Source: Candidatus Kapaibacterium sp. (GTDB taxonomy: Bacteria > Bacteroidota > Ignavibacteria > Palsa-1295). Taken from it: 64,000 nt of DNA. Positions within the stretch are counted from its first letter, which is position 1; every line of letters starts with the position of its first letter. Both the position numbers and the translations under genes were made by a program. Location of the stretch: the NCBI GenBank assembly GCA_035632315.1, contig DASQGZ010000048.1:64740-128739 (forward strand), given 5' to 3'. The notes beneath the pieces were generated by a model. That model was not told where the DNA came from and searched no databases. It saw only the letters and a program-made list of their open reading frames with translations. Of the stretch, positions 60,515-64,000 are shown piece after piece.

Positions 60515-62545
60515 CTTTTGGTCGTTTCAACTGTTGCCTCAGCCCAAACAACCGCGCTTACTTCCGACACGACCAAGCATCGGGACTCGACCCACGTCAT
60601 TACTTCGAAAGCATTTCGATGCCCGATTGCAGTAACTGCCGGACCAACAACGATCATCTCCAACGATGCCGTTCGCTATTACGGCTCACCGCAAACATTT
60701 TCAGCAGTGATCGAAGAATCCGTTTCGGCAATGCCGCTGATGCTTGACGATCAAGGGTATGGACGCGAGACATTTCTTTCGACTTCGCGATACAACGAAC
60801 CGTTCGTTACCACATTCATCAATGGTGTTCTGCCGCTTAACGATCCGATCACCGGAAATTCGATGTTGAATTATTTTCCTCTCGAACTTGCATCGAATAT
60901 CGAATTAATGCGCGGTGGAGAATTTGGTTCGCTTGACCACGCATCAAGTGATGCGGTAAATCTCAGGCTCGAAACATTTCGAGCGCCGATCGCTTATTCG
61001 CGTTTTCATTATACGCAGGAATTGTCGCACAGCTTTTCAAATTTCGAAGGACTCTTCAGCGTCAATACTTCTGAAGCGATGAACCTTGTCTTCGCCGTCT
61101 ATCGCAGAGGCTCGGGCAGCGCATTGACATCCACGACACTCAATCTTAACCCACGCGCTGACGACTGGTGGATTCGTACGCAGGCTAACTACGATACCAA
61201 AAGCGTTCATGCGCTGTTCTTGATGTTATATACATCGGCGTTCAGCGGACTCAACGGAGGCACATTCAAGATCGACTCCGCGACCGATGTCTTCGACGAG
61301 CAGCTTGCTCCGGTGCAGTATTCACAGTCATACGATCACCGCACCCGAATCGATCTATTGGGGCAAACAGCATTTTCGCTGCTTTCTGAAAAAGATCCGA
61401 CACGGCTTTCGGCGTATCTGACGGCATCATCGAGATTACTTCATATCGCTGACACGAATTTCCCGCCAAATACTCCGACACTTTCTAACGGCGATCGTTT
61501 TGGATTCAGCTTCGAACAGCCGGCGGCGCTTTCGATCGGTGAATTTTCGACGCGAGCGCTCGTTCGCGCCGATGCCCAAGTGTTGTCGCGTTCGACCCCA
61601 AGCGTCATTGTGAACGATATTATCGAAAAGCGTTACTCTGCACTTGCCGGCGATTCGCTCGCTATCGGCGGCGCATACGGACTCAGCGCGAACGGCTTTT
61701 TTCGTTGGACATTCTCGGAATTATCAATTGATAAAGCAGCCCAGCCGAGCCTCGCGCTGACGAACTTCGGTCTAGAGGGTTCTGCGCGGCTTTCAAAGGC
61801 ACTGACCATAACCGCAGACCTTACATATATGCGTGACCGCGCGGTGCAATCGCCGGACCCGACCGCGACGTATGAACTAAAAAATCTCGGCGCATTTGCT
61901 TCGCTCGGCATTCCGCTCGGCATATCCGATAGTATCGCGTTATCGGCAGGAGTTCTCGATCGTGTCGAACCTGAAGGCATCGTTTTAAAGCCTCTCGACG
62001 CGAATGACAGTCTCTACACGCTTACATTTTCTTCGACCGCAATTCATACACATGGAATTAATGGAGCCGTGCAATGCTGGTTCGATAAATTTCGATTGTC
62101 TGCACAAGCAGAATATTTGCCAAGCATTCATCCGGCGAGTTCATATACGAACATCCCCGCGCTGCAATCCGATCTCGGCAACAGGATCTTCGGTGCGGCA
62201 GGTTTGTACTATGAGAATGACATTGCCGAAGGGAATATGCGCCTTTCGCTCGGTGCACGCGTTCGTTATTACAATTCCATCACACCGGCGCTGAGCTATG
62301 AGGCTGCAACAGATTATTATGTTTATCACGGCTTGCCTCGTTTTATGGCAGGCGCGCTTACCGACTCACGATTGACAACTCCGAAATATCCGATCGACAT
62401 TCTTGCCTCGGCATTGATCGATCAGCGCGCACAGATTAATATCGAGTTTCTGAATATTCTCGGTACACCGTATTTCAACACAATGATCTTCCCGCGCGAA
62501 GGCTTTACGTTCCGCCTCGACGTGACGTGGGCATTTTTGGATTAA
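60506..62545 (+). CDS. TonB-dependent receptor-like outer membrane protein (plug-like region plus beta-barrel)
   Basis: The plug-like segment IELMRGGEFGSLDHASSDAVNL and a long beta-strand-rich C-terminal region. The start codon lies inside repeat copy C. Confidence 0.5.
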   Translation: MTSLLVVSTVASAQTTALTSDTTKHRDSTHVITSKAFRCPIAVTAGPTTIISNDAVRYYGSPQTFSAVIEESVSAMPLMLDDQGYGRETFLSTSRYNEPFVTTFINGVLPLNDPITGNSMLNYFPLELASNIELMRGGEFGSLDHASSDAVNLRLETFRAPIAYSRFHYTQELSHSFSNFEGLFSVNTSEAMNLVFAVYRRGSGSALTSTTLNLNPRADDWWIRTQANYDTKSVHALFLMLYTSAFSGLNGGTFKIDSATDVFDEQLAPVQYSQSYDHRTRIDLLGQTAFSLLSEKDPTRLSAYLTASSRLLHIADTNFPPNTPTLSNGDRFGFSFEQPAALSIGEFSTRALVRADAQVLSRSTPSVIVNDIIEKRYSALAGDSLAIGGAYGLSANGFFRWTFSELSIDKAAQPSLALTNFGLEGSARLSKALTITADLTYMRDRAVQSPDPTATYELKNLGAFASLGIPLGISDSIALSAGVLDRVEPEGIVLKPLDANDSLYTLTFSSTAIHTHGINGAVQCWFDKFRLSAQAEYLPSIHPASSYTNIPALQSDLGNRIFGAAGLYYENDIAEGNMRLSLGARVRYYNSITPALSYEAATDYYVYHGLPRFMAGALTDSRLTTPKYPIDILASALIDQRAQINIEFLNILGTPYFNTMIFPREGFTFRLDVTWAFLD

Positions 62546-62579
62546 GCCAAAACAGCGACATTTCTCGCAGCATTATTGT

Positions 62580-63470
62580 TTGACCATCCGAGAAATTATG
62601 GGCTTATTTTCCAGATCGAAAAGCAACCTTCTGAAACCGGCATGGCGCTTCAACGCTCGAGCGGGAAAGATCATTTGGCGGCTGCTGATCAGTCCGACGG
62701 GTGTGCTTGCCGGTGAAGAACGCGATCCGGAGAATAAGACATCGTCGCTCTTCGCGCTCGATGTGCCAACGGGCAATGTTCTTTGGCGTGACATTAATAT
62801 CGACGAGCCGTGGTGGTTTCACACGGCGCTGATGACGGCGGAAAATATCTATGTTCATCGGTTTCGCAAACCCGATATGCCCGAGCCGCTCGGCATTATT
62901 GCTCTCGATGCCGCCGACGGATCGCTCCGCTGGGAGCAGCCTGATGTGGCGATGCTTTTCGAATACGGCGGAAAAGTCTATGCCCAACGCGACGCACTTG
63001 GGAGAAAAGAATTTTTTTCGCTCGACAGCAAGACGGGCGAAGTGCTCGAAGCATTCGGTTCCGAGAAAGAGAATATCCTTTCGCTCGAATCGCTCGCACA
63101 CAGCGACGACACTCATTCTGTGTATTCGCTTCCGATCAGACCCGATGACGAGATATTCGGCGAGATATCGAATGTACTGACCGATGTGATGAATGTCCGT
63201 GAACTCCGTGGAGCGATCGACTTTACCGAGTTCGGCTCAAATCTGGTTATGAGCTACCACGAGCGTATCACGAACAATGCCGAAGCTGCGCTCGGAAATT
63301 TGCTTTCGAATCATCTCACGATACTCGCCAAAGAAAGCGGCGAAGTGATCTATCAGGACATATTGAATAAGCAAACGCCGTATCCGGTCGGCGATAATTT
63401 TTTTATTCACCGTGGAATACTCATCTATGTTAAAGAAACAACCGAAATCGTCGGCATTGCACTCGAGTAG
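62580..63470 (+). CDS. Hypothetical protein with PQQ-like beta-propeller repeats
   Basis: Repeated G..LW / GSLRWE beta-propeller-like motifs. Confidence 0.35.
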   Translation: MTIREIMGLFSRSKSNLLKPAWRFNARAGKIIWRLLISPTGVLAGEERDPENKTSSLFALDVPTGNVLWRDINIDEPWWFHTALMTAENIYVHRFRKPDMPEPLGIIALDAADGSLRWEQPDVAMLFEYGGKVYAQRDALGRKEFFSLDSKTGEVLEAFGSEKENILSLESLAHSDDTHSVYSLPIRPDDEIFGEISNVLTDVMNVRELRGAIDFTEFGSNLVMSYHERITNNAEAALGNLLSNHLTILAKESGEVIYQDILNKQTPYPVGDNFFIHRGILIYVKETTEIVGIALE

Positions 63471-63930
63471 CCTTGCCATATTGTTTTTGTGTGTGGCGGC
63501 GCTTGCGAGCTGCGACCGTGGTGCGACAGAGCAAATACAAGCCGCCGAACGGTTCGCCGATGCGACTGCACGCAATAACGTAAGTCTGCGCGATTCGATG
63601 ATCGCTACACGATTGTTCAAATCGTATTTCAAGAACGAGTATGTTTCGAGTGAATTCATTACCTGGATCCAATCGCTCTACGATTTTCATAATCATAAAT
63701 TCACCTTTTCTGCCAACGCCGATGTTGACCGCGATCTCAAAGCCGACCTCAAAGACGGACTGATCGATCCTTCGGAGATCGAAGAAACAGGAATCGTAAA
63801 GGTCGGATCGAGAAACGAGCCTGACCAGGCGGCATACTTCTATATGGTCAAGCAAAAAGGCCAACACTGGAAAGTCGCGATGGTCACCAAAGGTGAAGCA
63901 CAGGTAAATTTTAATAACGTTTCACAATAA
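63412..63930 (+). CDS. Hypothetical lipoprotein
   Basis: Lipobox LASC after a hydrophobic segment. Confidence 0.4.
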   Translation: MEYSSMLKKQPKSSALHSSSLAILFLCVAALASCDRGATEQIQAAERFADATARNNVSLRDSMIATRLFKSYFKNEYVSSEFITWIQSLYDFHNHKFTFSANADVDRDLKADLKDGLIDPSEIEETGIVKVGSRNEPDQAAYFYMVKQKGQHWKVAMVTKGEAQVNFNNVSQ

Positions 63931-63935
63931 TCGTA

Positions 63936-64000
63936 ATGCTCACAGTTGGCGACAAAGCCCCGAATTTTTCAGGTATCGATGATTCCGGAAAAACGATTTC
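63936..64000 (+). CDS. Thiol peroxidase (Bcp / peroxiredoxin-like), N-terminal fragment. It continues past the window end.
   Basis: MLTVGDKAPNFSGIDDSGKTI matches the Bcp N-terminus. Confidence 0.55.
   Translation, partial: MLTVGDKAPNFSGIDDSGKTI

Overview
This 64-kb window comes from a bacterium of the Fibrobacteres-Chlorobi-Bacteroidetes (FCB) group, most likely Bacteroidota- or Ignavibacteriota-like. The evidence is four or five cargo proteins carrying type IX secretion system (T9SS) C-terminal sorting domains, a Bacteroidetes-type TAnnTTTG -7 promoter element, and several multiheme or Rieske redox proteins. Most of the window is housekeeping. It opens with a bioB-bioF-bioD-bioA biotin operon on the minus strand, followed by a divergent Rieske / membrane tri-heme cytochrome c pair, a MarR regulator with a ClC chloride channel, and a UmuC-like Y-family polymerase. 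Further along are MltG, an acyl-lipid desaturase, pgsA-pgpA-cinA, an S9 peptidase, RseP and Dxr. A 23S-5S rRNA operon lies on the minus strand at about 31.1-34.4 kb. It has no linked 16S gene or spacer tRNAs. The accessory part is the roughly 9 kb downstream of the 5S gene, at 21.9-31.1 kb. This stretch is punctuated by three decayed copies of a unit made of the 5S 3' end plus its terminator, all in the 5S orientation. Two minus-strand genes have their stop codons inside these copies. The unit closest to the 5S gene (24.7-31.1 kb) carries a phage terminase large-subunit homolog. It also carries a three-gene minus-strand operon: a PD-(D/E)xK-like protein, an HTH-ImmA/IrrE metalloprotease and a DUF4411 PIN-like protein. 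This operon is the best candidate for an undescribed conflict or defense system. Next to it is a degraded Fic toxin with a VbhA-like antitoxin remnant, bracketed by 135-bp direct repeats that duplicate the 5' end of the next gene. No integrase or transposase is recognisable anywhere in this stretch. Other signals are a palindromic intergenic repeat family (conserved ends GTCATTGCGAG / CGAAGCAATCTAA, variable core) present in three copies, and a 12-bp palindrome ATAGG(TG/CA)CCTAT shared by the promoters of the Y-family polymerase and a VOC-family gene. An A10 homopolymer frameshift sits at the bioA start. An Old Yellow Enzyme (OYE) flavoprotein carries an unusual C-terminal fibronectin-III fusion. 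No CRISPR array, tRNA gene or transposase was seen.
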